From assembly GCA_964426025.1 (NCBI GenBank), contig CAYRQB010000001.1, positions 1,151-65,150 of the forward strand: DNA of 64,000 nt, in the 5' to 3' direction. Positions 49,475-59,090 of this stretch are shown here, in pieces (the stretch's first letter is position 1; each line of letters begins with the position of its first letter). Made by a program: the position numbers and the translations under genes. The notes under the pieces are model-generated. The model was given only the letters and a program-made list of their open reading frames with translations. It was not told the origin of the DNA and did no database searches. The DNA comes from an uncultured Heliomicrobium sp. GTDB taxonomy: Bacteria; Acidobacteriota; Blastocatellia; RBC074.

Positions 49475-50445
49475 ATTTCTGGAATCGCCGCAACGTTTTT
49501 GTGACGGGAGCGACCGGTTTGCTCGGTTCGTGGATGACCGAAGAGTTGTTGCAGCGCGGAGCGAATGTCACTTGCCTGATTCGCGATTGGGTTCCCGAAA
49601 GCCGTCTGGTGAATTCGGGCGCAGTTGCGCGAGTCAACGCCGTGCGCGGTGAATTGGAAGATTACCAGGCGCTGGCGCGGGCGCTGAACGAATACGAGAT
49701 TGATTCGGTTTTTCACCTGGGCGCGCAAACCATTGTCGGCACAGCATTGCGCGCGCCGCTTTCAACCTTTGAAGCGAACATTCGCGGCACGTGGAATTTG
49801 ATGGAAGCCTGCCGCGTCAATCCGAAAGTCGAACGCGTGATTCTGGCTTCCAGCGACAAGGCATACGGCGAGCAGGAGCAATTGCCTTACACCGAAGACG
49901 AGACTCTGAACAGCAAATATCCTTACGACGTTTCAAAATCGTGTTCGGAGTTCATCGCAATGTCGTATTTTCACACTTACCAAACGCCGGTGGCGATCAC
50001 GCGATGCGGCAATCTGTACGGAGGCGGCGATCTGAATTTCAATCGGCTGATTCCCGGAACGATTCGCTCGGCGTTGCGCGACGAAGCTCCGATCATTCGC
50101 AGCGACGGCAAATTCATTCGCGATTACTTTTTCGTCCGCGATGCTGTTGACGCTTATCTGACGCTGGCCGAACGATTGCCGGATCAGAAATTCAACGGCG
50201 AAGCTTTCAACTTCAGCACCGAAACGCCGCTTTCCGTTTTGGAGTTGGTGAATCAAATACTAAAGCTGACCGGCAAGACTCATTTGGTTCCGAAAGTTAT
50301 GAACGAAGCCAGTCGAGAGATTCACAAACAATATTTGAGCTGTGAGAAAGCCAAACGCATGCTCGGTTGGCAATCCAGACACGCGTTGGAAGATGGTCTG
50401 CAAGAAACAATCGGCTGGTACAAAAAGCGTTTGGGCGTGAGTTAA
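49471..50445 (+). CDS. rfbG: CDP-glucose 4,6-dehydratase
   Basis: Motifs are [14 protein letters not shown] and YDVSKSC (the YxxxK). An ATGA overlap couples it to rfbF. Confidence 0.9.
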   Translation: MNFWNRRNVFVTGATGLLGSWMTEELLQRGANVTCLIRDWVPESRLVNSGAVARVNAVRGELEDYQALARALNEYEIDSVFHLGAQTIVGTALRAPLSTFEANIRGTWNLMEACRVNPKVERVILASSDKAYGEQEQLPYTEDETLNSKYPYDVSKSCSEFIAMSYFHTYQTPVAITRCGNLYGGGDLNFNRLIPGTIRSALRDEAPIIRSDGKFIRDYFFVRDAVDAYLTLAERLPDQKFNGEAFNFSTETPLSVLELVNQILKLTGKTHLVPKVMNEASREIHKQYLSCEKAKRMLGWQSRHALEDGLQETIGWYKKRLGVS

Positions 50446-50546
50446 TGCGACCACTGATTTGCCGATGAATCTTGTGGAAAGTTCGATGATGACGCAGGAA
50501 TACTTTTTGAAAATTCGCCCCAATGAAAAATGGAGAGTCTGATCAA

Positions 50547-51719
50547 ATGAAAATTGGGGTTGATGCTACCAGTCGCCAAAATAACCGTGGCTATGGCCGA
50601 CACGCTCGCGCCCTGCTGAACGCCTTGATTCCACTGGACAAAGGGAATCAATACACATTGTTTGTTGATTCGGTTGAAACCGAGGACGCGCTTCCGGCGG
50701 AAGCCGATGTCAGGCTTGTGCAAACCGACGCGCCGACCGCGGTTGCCACTGCGGCAAACGGGCGTCGTTCGGCGCTTGATATGCTGCGAATGAGCCGCGC
50801 GATGTCGGATTCGCAATTCGACATGCTGCTGTTTCCTACCGTCTACAGCTACGTTCCGGTGATCAGTCGCGCCAAAAAGATCGTCATGATCCACGACGTG
50901 ATTGCCGAAACGTATCCGCAACTGACGCTTCCGAGTTTTGCGGCCAGACTTTTCTGGCGCAGCAAGGTCGCTCTTGGGCGTTGGCAGGCGGACGCCATCG
51001 TTACGGTTTCGGATTTCTCGCGACAGGGAATTCTGAAGCATTTCAAGACTTCGCCGGAACGCGTCTTCGTCGTTGGAGAAGCGAGCGATCCGGTCTTTCG
51101 TGTTCTGCCCGATCCACGACCATCAGAAAAGCTTCGCGAGTTGGGAATCACCGGCAATGGCCGCACGGTTGTTTACGTTGGTGGATTCAGTCCGCATAAA
51201 AACCTGGATGCGCTGGTTGAGGTCTTCGCCAAGCTTGTCTCTCATCCAACTTTCTCCGATGTCAATCTGGTGATGGTCGGCGAGTACAAGAAGGAAGTCT
51301 TCCACAGTTGTTACGCCTTGCTTAAACAGTTAATCTCGAATCTTGGAATTTCCAGCCGGGTTGTCTTTACGGGTTATTTGTCGGATGAAGAGCTTGTAGT
51401 GCTGCTCAATCTGGCTTCGGTGTTGGTTCTGCCGTCGTTGATCGAGGGGTTTGGATTGCCGGCAGTGGAAGCGGCAGCCTGTGGTTGCCCGGTTATTGCC
51501 ACAACATCCAGCCCATTGCCCGGGTTGTTGGGCGATGGCGGCATTTTCGTCAATCCGGCTGATGATGAAGAATTGGAATCCGCGCTGGTTAAGGTGCTGG
51601 AGTCGGAAAACCTGCGGCAACAAATGCGAGAGGCTGGATTGCAAGCCGCCGCCAATTTGACGTGGGATGCCGCCGCCAGACAAATGATCAGCTTGATGCG
51701 GCAGGTGGCTTCGCAATGA
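50547..51719 (+). CDS. Glycosyltransferase family 4
   Basis: EGFGLPAVEAAACGCPVIAT is the E-x7-E region. The start is taken at MKIGVDATS, which has a GGAGAG RBS. Confidence 0.85.
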   Translation: MKIGVDATSRQNNRGYGRHARALLNALIPLDKGNQYTLFVDSVETEDALPAEADVRLVQTDAPTAVATAANGRRSALDMLRMSRAMSDSQFDMLLFPTVYSYVPVISRAKKIVMIHDVIAETYPQLTLPSFAARLFWRSKVALGRWQADAIVTVSDFSRQGILKHFKTSPERVFVVGEASDPVFRVLPDPRPSEKLRELGITGNGRTVVYVGGFSPHKNLDALVEVFAKLVSHPTFSDVNLVMVGEYKKEVFHSCYALLKQLISNLGISSRVVFTGYLSDEELVVLLNLASVLVLPSLIEGFGLPAVEAAACGCPVIATTSSPLPGLLGDGGIFVNPADDEELESALVKVLESENLRQQMREAGLQAAANLTWDAAARQMISLMRQVASQ

Positions 51720-53005
51720 ATCGTCCGCTCAATTTCCTGCACCTCACTACTTTCTACCCTCCTTACAGTTTTGGCGGCGATGCGATGTATCTTTACCGGC
51801 TGACACATGCACTGGGCGATGCCGGTCACAAGGTTGATGTTGTTCATTGCGTAGATTCGTATCATTTGCTGCATCCTGCCGAACCTGAAATCAAATTTGC
51901 AGACCATCCGAATGTGACAGTGCATGGGTTGCGTAGCGGATACAAATGGCTTTCTCCGTTGCTGACGCAACAAACCGGTCGTCCGTTTTTGAAAAAAGAC
52001 CGCATTAAAGAAGTTCTAGCCAGCAAGCCATATGATGTATTGCACTATCACAACATATCGTTGTTGGGACCAGAAATATTAATGATGGAGCCAGAACAGG
52101 GAAAGGCCGTCAAACTTTACACCACACATGAACACTGGCTGATTTGTCCGACACACGTACTTTGGAAATTCAACAGCCGTCCGTGCGAAAAACCTGATTG
52201 TTTGCGCTGCACGATCCGTGCGAAACGACCACCTCAGTTATGGCGCTATAGCGGTCTTCTCGAAAAGGCCAGCAAGCAGGTTGACCAATTTGTTTCGCCC
52301 AGTCGTTTTACCGCCGGGATGCACGCTGAACGCGGCTTTCCACAGCCGGTAGCGCATCTTCCTTACTTTATAGACCGTGTTGATCAGGACTGGATGCAGC
52401 CTGGCGAGCGTCCTCAGGAAAGACCGTATTTCATTTTTGTCGGGCGATTGGAAGAGATCAAAGGATTGCAGACGTTGATCGAAGTCTGGAAGAAAGTTGA
52501 AGACTTTGACCTCTTGGTAGCCGGAGCAGGCAATTATGGAGAACAATTACGAGCGCAGGCGGCAGACAATCCTCGAATAAAATTCCTGGGCGCTTTATCA
52601 CAGCGACAACTTGGAGCGCTTTATTTTCATGCGCTTGCCTGTCTGGTTCCTTCACTTACTTTCGAGACTTTCGGGATCATTATCATCGAATCGTTTGCTC
52701 GAAAAACTCCGGTTATTGTTCGCGACCTCGGCGCGCTTCCCGAAGTCGCCCAAGACAGCGGGGGCGGCTTCGTCTACCAAAATGATGAAGAGTTGCTGGC
52801 AGCCATCAATCGTCTGGCGGCTTCGCCAACTTTACGCAACGATTTAGGCGAAAATGGATATAGTGCCTTTCTTCGTTGGTGGTCAAAAGAGGCGCATCTG
52901 GACCTGTATTTTGACTTTCTGAAAAAGGCATCCACTCGCAAGTTCGGCTCAGTTCCCTGGGAAATGTCCGAAGTAGAGTCCGATAGCCTGATCGCACCTC
53001 GCTGA
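51716..53005 (+). CDS. Glycosyltransferase family 4
   Basis: An ATGA overlap couples it to the preceding gene. LNFLHLTTFYPPYSFGGDAMY is the GT4 N-terminal domain. ETFGIIIIESFARKTPVIV is present. Confidence 0.85.
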   Translation: MNRPLNFLHLTTFYPPYSFGGDAMYLYRLTHALGDAGHKVDVVHCVDSYHLLHPAEPEIKFADHPNVTVHGLRSGYKWLSPLLTQQTGRPFLKKDRIKEVLASKPYDVLHYHNISLLGPEILMMEPEQGKAVKLYTTHEHWLICPTHVLWKFNSRPCEKPDCLRCTIRAKRPPQLWRYSGLLEKASKQVDQFVSPSRFTAGMHAERGFPQPVAHLPYFIDRVDQDWMQPGERPQERPYFIFVGRLEEIKGLQTLIEVWKKVEDFDLLVAGAGNYGEQLRAQAADNPRIKFLGALSQRQLGALYFHALACLVPSLTFETFGIIIIESFARKTPVIVRDLGALPEVAQDSGGGFVYQNDEELLAAINRLAASPTLRNDLGENGYSAFLRWWSKEAHLDLYFDFLKKASTRKFGSVPWEMSEVESDSLIAPR

Positions 53006-53387
53006 CAGTTGCTGTATATAGACCTCTGCCATTCCATTGGTTATCAAAACCATATAAGACTTCGCTCGCCAGAGTGACTCGTTCTTTGCTTCTGCTAGAA
53101 TCAACTGAATCCCTCAAAAATCAAAAACTCCCTAACCCATAGCATAACTTGGCTTTGAAGCCGCCCTCTCAAGTCTTCCGCATAAAGCTTGGATATTTTC
53201 GACTCCATCGTCTGACAATTATTTTGTGAGTAGGACTTGAAGACTATTAAATGTAGGTAAAAACCTGACAATTATATTGACAGGTGACTACAATGCAGCT
53301 AAAGTCAGTCCGACTTAAGTTGTCCTATTTTTTGTAAGTTTAGTCATCACTTGATGGTGATTACAGATAAACGTCAGTCGAAAAATT

Positions 53388-54209
53388 ATGAAGCGACAGG
53401 TGCTGATTGCCGACTTAAAAGAGTCGGTCAACAAGAATGTTCGTTTGGTCGCCAATGACGATTCTGTATCACTGGTCAGCGAGCCTGAATTTGAGATCGC
53501 GGGTTATGGGAGTAGGACCAGGCCCATACTCGTAAAGCAGTTTAAGTCATATGATTTACAACTGCTTAAGGAAATTGATGCCGCTCGTGAGGATGAGCGT
53601 CGTCGTCTGTCTCGCGAATTACACGACCAGTTGGGGCAAGACCTGGTTGCATTATCGCTGGGGTTGAGATCGCTGAGAAAATCTGCCGCATACGATTCCA
53701 TCACAGGCAGCCAAATAGACGAATTGCAAGGGCTGGTTGATCAGCTTGGGATGCATGTCCATGAAATTGCTATGACATTGCGTCCGACAATTCTTGATGA
53801 TTTGGGATTGCAAATGGCTTTGACGAGCCTTGCGGAGCAATGGTCGCTGAATACCGGCATTGAAGTGAATTGCCGTATTTCGGGATTGGAAAATCAATAC
53901 ATCCCCAAGCCTGTTGAAACAACGATTTACAGAGTCTCGCAGGAAGCTCTAACAAACGTCTACAAACATGCTAAGGCGGATAACGTAGACCTAACCTTGA
54001 ACCGTGATGGCCGTAACTTAGTAGTGGTTATTTCTGATGATGGGAAGGGAATTGACTTTGAAGCTTTGAACAAAGCATCAGGGCTAAGTCATGGGTTGGG
54101 ACTGACCGGAATGCGCGAGCGAGTAACTCTGGTCAATGGCACGTTGAAGATTAAATCATCTCCAAACAAAGGGACGTCAATAATAATGAACATCCCACTT
54201 TTATCGTGA
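53388..54209 (+). CDS. Cytoplasmic sensor histidine kinase (HisKA_3 family) lacking TM or sensor domains
   Basis: RRRLSRELHDQLGQDL is the H-box. The HATPase_c region is LTGMRERVTLVNGTLKI. The N-terminal region is only about 75 aa. Confidence 0.8.
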   Translation: MKRQVLIADLKESVNKNVRLVANDDSVSLVSEPEFEIAGYGSRTRPILVKQFKSYDLQLLKEIDAAREDERRRLSRELHDQLGQDLVALSLGLRSLRKSAAYDSITGSQIDELQGLVDQLGMHVHEIAMTLRPTILDDLGLQMALTSLAEQWSLNTGIEVNCRISGLENQYIPKPVETTIYRVSQEALTNVYKHAKADNVDLTLNRDGRNLVVVISDDGKGIDFEALNKASGLSHGLGLTGMRERVTLVNGTLKIKSSPNKGTSIIMNIPLLS

Positions 54210-54220
54210 AAAGTACACCG

Positions 54221-54880
54221 ATGACCAAGTTAAGGGTCTTCCTTGTTGATGACCATCCAATTGTTCGCAAAGGGTTAAAGGCTCTAATTGACGAGCAGCT
54301 TGATATGGAAGTTGTTGGTGAAGCAGGTGATGGGCGTGTGGCTTTATTACAGGTAAAAGAGTTGCAGCCGGACGTTATGATTCTCGACCTGACGTTGCCG
54401 GATATGAATGGCATACAGGTCATGGAGCGTGTTAAACAGCTTTGCCCTAAGGTAAATGTTTTGGTGCTGACGATTCATGAAGCCAGCGGCTATCTTCGTC
54501 AGTTATTTCAAACGGGCGCAGCCGGTTATTTGTTAAAGAGAACTGCCGGGGAAGAGTTAACGCATGCTATACGGGTTGTCGCAACCGGCGGCGCTTATCT
54601 TGACCCTACTCTTGCAGGCAAGATGGTAACCACGTTGGTGCATCATTCACCTCAGAAGGGCAAAGACCCCGGCGCCCCCAACAAGCTAAGTGACCGTGAA
54701 AAAGAAGTGTTGCGCTTGATTGCTCTGGGTTACAGCAACAAGGAAATAGCCGCGCAACTTGATTTAAGCGCAAAAACAATCGAAACATATAAAGCTAGGC
54801 TGATTGAAAAACTTGGGTTAAGTAGTCGTTCTGAACTGGTCAGATATGCCTTGAATCAAGGCTGGCTCCAGGATGTTTGA
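54221..54880 (+). CDS. NarL/LuxR-family response regulator
   Basis: VFLVDDHPIVRKGL...VMILDLTLPDMNG is the receiver domain with the phospho-acceptor Asp. The HTH region is LSDREKEVLRLIALGYSNKEIA. The start could instead be the GTG at 54206. Confidence 0.85.
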   Translation: MTKLRVFLVDDHPIVRKGLKALIDEQLDMEVVGEAGDGRVALLQVKELQPDVMILDLTLPDMNGIQVMERVKQLCPKVNVLVLTIHEASGYLRQLFQTGAAGYLLKRTAGEELTHAIRVVATGGAYLDPTLAGKMVTTLVHHSPQKGKDPGAPNKLSDREKEVLRLIALGYSNKEIAAQLDLSAKTIETYKARLIEKLGLSSRSELVRYALNQGWLQDV

Positions 54881-54906
54881 TTTGAAAGTTGGCTTGGTTT
54901 TGCCAT

Positions 54907-54966
54907 GTCAGGAAAAACCCTTACTGAGGGGGATTTTCTGACTGTCGGCTCTTTTTTTTCCGACAG
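54907..54966 (+). terminator. Two adjacent stem-loops downstream of the response regulator gene
   Basis: The first is GTCAGGAAAAACCC..GGGGGATTTTCTGAC. The second is CTGTCGGctcttttttttCCGACAG. The T-run lies inside the loop rather than 3' of the stem. Confidence 0.35.
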
Positions 54967-55446
54967 ACAAGTTCGTTAATAAATGAGAGATTATGCTTAG
55001 GTGCCAGGAGACTTTTTTTGCTCCTCCTACAGCGGCTCAGCTCAGGGGGTAGTGACAAGATGTCAATTAGTTATGATCTGGTTATTTGGATGATCAGGTC
55101 TTGTCGCAAACCAGTAGGAAAGCGTGCGTTTCCGAATTGATTTTCGGTGTGTTCGCTATGGCTAAAAGTTTTAGGGAATGTCCGGGTCTCTAACCAATAA
55201 CATTAGGCCAGTTACAATCTTAAACAATACCGAATAACCCTTGGCTCCATCGCGAAGATGGACAACGACGGTCCCCATATAGTCCGAACGAGTTGCCCCA
55301 CATCGGAAGCTCAGAATTCGAACTCTTCTTATTATTACTTAGTAATTCAAGTGTGCATCTTGTAAGAGGTTTATGAATTCGTTCAATTTGCCCCATCGCA
55401 AATAATTTTAGTTTGCTTGTTACACTTTTGAGTTAGGAGGCGAATC

Positions 55447-56163
55447 TTGAGAACAGCAGTTATATCCCCCACGCAGAAACCAGTACGTGTATTGTTGATT
55501 CAAAATCAGGAATGCGTTCGATTTGGTTTGCGTTTGTTGATTGAAAGTAAGCCCGAAGTTGAAGTGATAGGTGAAGCTTCGACATATGCGCAGGCTCTCG
55601 CAGTCATTGAAAGTCAGCCGGATGTTATCCTGCTTGATCATGAACATGGCGGAGATTGCGATATTGATGCTATCCCGAATTTGCTTGCGGCGGCAAAAGG
55701 CGCGCGCGTGCTGGTGTTCACGGGTGAATGGAACCCTGAAGCCCATTACAGAGCATTCGGGCTTGGAGCAATGGGGCTGGTGTTCAAAACCGATTCCCCG
55801 GAAGTGTTAATCAAGGCGATTGAGAAAGTCCACGCTGGCGAAGCCTGGATTGAAAGCGTTACTATGGCCCGTCTTCTCAGAGAGATGTGGCAGGGTAAGG
55901 TCAAAGCTGGAGAAAATCACCATCCCACCCCGGCAAAACGTAACCTAACAAAACTGACTCAGCGAGAGCGAGAAGTCGTTGCTTTAATCGGAGAGCGATT
56001 GCAAAACAAACAGATTGCCGATCGCTTGTTCGTCTGTGAAGCAACTGTTCGCCATCATCTAACGTCAATTTACGACAAACTAAATGTAAAAAACCGCTTT
56101 GATTTGGCGCTCTACGCCTATCAACACGGCCTGGCCAAGCAACCATTGCTTGGCGCAGAGTAA
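55447..56163 (+). CDS. Atypical LuxR-family response-regulator-like protein (receiver lacking the acidic pair)
   Basis: TTG start 6 nt after an AGGAGG. VRVLLIQNQECVRFGL occupies the usual LLVDDH position with N-Q-E. An Asp is retained in VILLDHEHGGD. The C-terminal LuxR HTH is LTQREREVVALIGERLQNKQIADRL. Confidence 0.75.
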   Translation: MRTAVISPTQKPVRVLLIQNQECVRFGLRLLIESKPEVEVIGEASTYAQALAVIESQPDVILLDHEHGGDCDIDAIPNLLAAAKGARVLVFTGEWNPEAHYRAFGLGAMGLVFKTDSPEVLIKAIEKVHAGEAWIESVTMARLLREMWQGKVKAGENHHPTPAKRNLTKLTQREREVVALIGERLQNKQIADRLFVCEATVRHHLTSIYDKLNVKNRFDLALYAYQHGLAKQPLLGAE

Positions 56164-56173
56164 CGAGTGATAA

Positions 56174-56200
56174 GCCGAGTAATAAAAAGCTCGGCGTTTG
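56174..56200 (+). terminator. Rho-independent terminator candidate
   Basis: GCCGAGtaataaaaagCTCGGC is followed by GTTTGG, 11 nt after the stop of the 55447..56163 gene. Confidence 0.4.
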
Positions 56201-56447
56201 GCATTGTATGCACCCATTGTAACTAAGACTTAACAATGGAACGCGAGTAATAAAACAAATATGAGTAACATATTCGCTACCATCTCGGATATCTCTTCCT
56301 TAACTGAACCGGCATTAATGCTTGTTTTAGGAATTGTTTTGTTTGTGCTGGCACAAGGAATCAGGCAGTGGGTGCGAAAGAGAGTCAAGTTATAATCCGA
56401 CGTCTAATTAAAAGATAACTTCAGGCGGATGAATCTAAGAGGAACAA

Positions 56448-58055
56448 ATGGGAAATTTTAGGCCAAGAAATCCTTTTGAATATTTGCGGATTCTGTGGCG
56501 GCGTAAATTGCTTATTATTTTATTCGCCGCTGCAATGTTGATCGCAACATATATTGCAATGGCTCCCGTTCCCAACGTTTATGAAGCGAAAGCCCTGATT
56601 GCCATCGCGCTGCAATCCAGCGACGAGAGAAATGCGGTTGATGTACAAGTCGCGATGGTGAATCAGTACTTGCTGAGCCGATCGAATCTGGAACCGCTGA
56701 TCAATCGGTACGGTCTCTATAACATAAATTCCAGCGCTAATTCGACTGCCAACAGGGATGCGAGGATCGAATCTGCCCTGCAACAGTTACGCAAGGATAT
56801 AGTGCTGGAAACCAAGCTTCGCGATTATTATCCGCAGTTTCCCGAATCTTTTACCATTACTTATCGTCATACAGACCCAGTAATTACACAAAAAGTAACA
56901 AATGACCTGGCTTCGTTCTTTAACAATACGAATGAAATGATGGAAAAACAGTCCATTGAAGAAGCCAAGTCATTGGATACGACCATAAGCGAAATTGAAA
57001 ACCGGATTAAGCAGATAAACCAGGAGCGTTCGGCAAGTCAGTCGTCGGGGAATGTGAATGCTATACGAATGCAGCGGGGCACGCTAAGCGCCACCATTGA
57101 TACCCTTAGTGACAAGGAGTTTGCGCTTACACAACAAATTGCTGAGCAGAAGCGCCTGGTTGCCGAACAGGAGAAAATAGCAAAAGTAACGCCGACAACC
57201 GACACAGCGCGTGGTAGCAGCTCTTACGGAGTGTTACTTGTGCGCAAAGCTCAGTTGGAAGCACAGCTTAAAGATTATCTGGCTCAATACACCGAGAAGA
57301 ATTCAAAAGTTGTTCAAACGCGCTATGAAATTGCTGAGGTAAATCGGCAGCTTACTGCGCTTGATTCCGGGGGAACTCAGAATGGCGCTGCCCCAATTTC
57401 GAATGAAGTCCGCGAATTGCGCGCGCTTCAGCGTGAACAGGCCCGGCTGGAAATAGATTTGGAAGTAACACAAAGAGAGCTTTCCAGGAAGCGAGCGGCC
57501 TTGGCGGTTCTGCCGGATGTAGGCGGCGCGCCGATCGGAGCTATGCCAAATGGAAGTAACCCAACCGGGCTTCCTTCTGAAAGTTTCAAAGACCTTGAGC
57601 TTAACAGGGAATACGGCCTGTTATTCAATCGTTACACTGCCCTGACAGAAAGACGAGATTCGTTGCGGCGCGGAAGTTCCGCGAACAACGGCATTGACGC
57701 CGCACTATTCAGAGTGGTTGATCGTGCCAGCGTCCCTCAGTTCCCGGTTGCGCCGAATCGTTTGAAGATGATGTTGATTGCATTCGCAATGTCATTGGTT
57801 ATTGGTTTGGCAGTTGCCGTAGCAGTTGAGATTCCGCAAATGACCCTTATTCACGATGACCGCGACGTTCAGTATTACCTTGGCGCTCCGGTTATTGCTT
57901 TGATCCCTGAAACACTGACGCCTGCCGAAAGCGGGCGTAAGCGGCGATTGTTTATGATGCGAGCACTTGGGATTTTGTTACTTGCAGCATCGCTAGTGCC
58001 TGTATTCACCATTCTGCTGAAAAAACTGCAAGTATTTCAAATGCTTGCCAAGTGA
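56448..58055 (+). CDS. Polysaccharide co-polymerase (Wzz/GumC/EpsA-like PCP, transmembrane modulator)
   Basis: An AGAGGA RBS precedes it. TM1 is LIILFAAAMLIATYIAMAP, followed by a long coiled-coil periplasmic region and a second TM (LIAFAMSLVIGLAVAVAV). There is no C-terminal Tyr cluster. Confidence 0.8.
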   Translation: MGNFRPRNPFEYLRILWRRKLLIILFAAAMLIATYIAMAPVPNVYEAKALIAIALQSSDERNAVDVQVAMVNQYLLSRSNLEPLINRYGLYNINSSANSTANRDARIESALQQLRKDIVLETKLRDYYPQFPESFTITYRHTDPVITQKVTNDLASFFNNTNEMMEKQSIEEAKSLDTTISEIENRIKQINQERSASQSSGNVNAIRMQRGTLSATIDTLSDKEFALTQQIAEQKRLVAEQEKIAKVTPTTDTARGSSSYGVLLVRKAQLEAQLKDYLAQYTEKNSKVVQTRYEIAEVNRQLTALDSGGTQNGAAPISNEVRELRALQREQARLEIDLEVTQRELSRKRAALAVLPDVGGAPIGAMPNGSNPTGLPSESFKDLELNREYGLLFNRYTALTERRDSLRRGSSANNGIDAALFRVVDRASVPQFPVAPNRLKMMLIAFAMSLVIGLAVAVAVEIPQMTLIHDDRDVQYYLGAPVIALIPETLTPAESGRKRRLFMMRALGILLLAASLVPVFTILLKKLQVFQMLAK

Positions 58056-58086
58056 TGGTTTGACGATGACAAATAGGAGTACCCAA

Positions 58087-58974
58087 ATGGATAAGATGTT
58101 CGAAGTGCTGACAAACAGGAGCACTGAGACCAGAAGTAACGAGCCACGTCGCACCAAACCGTTTCGTGATGAGCCAGATGGTTCAGAGGAGTCAGCGAAA
58201 AGTCAGGCGCTGGAAAAGCTTGACTTCAAATATTACACGATGACCGCACCGGGGACTTCAAAACTTGAAGGGCGAGATTCTGCCTCTCTGTCACCGCACC
58301 GCAGGTCGCTGGCGCAACCCGCGCGCGAAGTGGCGCTGAACCTTTATCACGTCGCGCCCAATCTGGTAACTCTCCACGACCAGGACCTAAGGGCATCGGA
58401 ACAATACGACGTACTCGCTTTGAGATTGATCTCAGCGACTACCGTGCGAATGTTCAAACGTTTGTTAATAACTTCAGCTCAAAAAGGCGAAGGTAGAACG
58501 AGCGTGTTACTTAATCTGGCCGGCGCGTTATCGCGTGCCGGAAAACGTGTTTTGGTTATAGATACGGATCTGTTCAGACCATCGGTCATCCGGTTGTTGG
58601 GCATCGAAACCGAAATCGGACTTGCGGAAGCATTCGGGCGCGATCTGCCGCCGGGCATGGCTGTGATGAGGGTGTTACCTTACGGATTCCATGTTTTGCC
58701 GACGCGAGAAAGAGTTGATAACGCCGTTGAAGTACTCACTTCTCACGCTTTCAGGGAGATGTTGGAGATACTTGAGCCTGATTATGATTTCATCCTTTTC
58801 GATTCTCCGCCATTGTTGGAAAGAGCCGATTCGGGGATGTTGATTAAGCTGGCCGACACGGCATTGATGGTTATACGTCAGGGGGCAACGAAAGCATCGC
58901 AGATGGCGAAGGCCATTGAGTTACTGGCCGAAGAAGATATTTTCGGAGTGGTGCTTAATCGCGTCAATCCTTAA
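58087..58974 (+). CDS. BY-kinase/CapB-like P-loop ATPase domain protein, degenerate (Walker A Lys replaced by Arg, no Tyr tail)
   Basis: AGGAG lies 7 nt upstream. The Walker A region reads LLITSAQKGEGRTS, where the aga codon gives GEG-R-T instead of GEG-K-S/T. Walker A' is VLVIDTDLFRPS. Walker B is FILFDSPPLL. There are no Tyr residues in the last 40 aa. Confidence 0.75.
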   Translation: MDKMFEVLTNRSTETRSNEPRRTKPFRDEPDGSEESAKSQALEKLDFKYYTMTAPGTSKLEGRDSASLSPHRRSLAQPAREVALNLYHVAPNLVTLHDQDLRASEQYDVLALRLISATTVRMFKRLLITSAQKGEGRTSVLLNLAGALSRAGKRVLVIDTDLFRPSVIRLLGIETEIGLAEAFGRDLPPGMAVMRVLPYGFHVLPTRERVDNAVEVLTSHAFREMLEILEPDYDFILFDSPPLLERADSGMLIKLADTALMVIRQGATKASQMAKAIELLAEEDIFGVVLNRVNP

Positions 58975-59090
58975 CGCCGACCGGAATGGATGCCGACCTG
59001 AATGATGTCGGTGGGTAAAGATTCTTCGGTGTGGTTTGCAAAAAACGCCTGGTTGGTGGTTGTCCCGTGGGAAGGTAAGGCAGTTTCGCC

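Noticed and set aside
55020-55090. tRNA-like string gcggctcagctcagggggtag in the intergenic region
   Set aside because: It cannot be folded into a cloverleaf with a T-loop (GTTCRANYC) and acceptor stem. It is a chance resemblance to a D-loop only.
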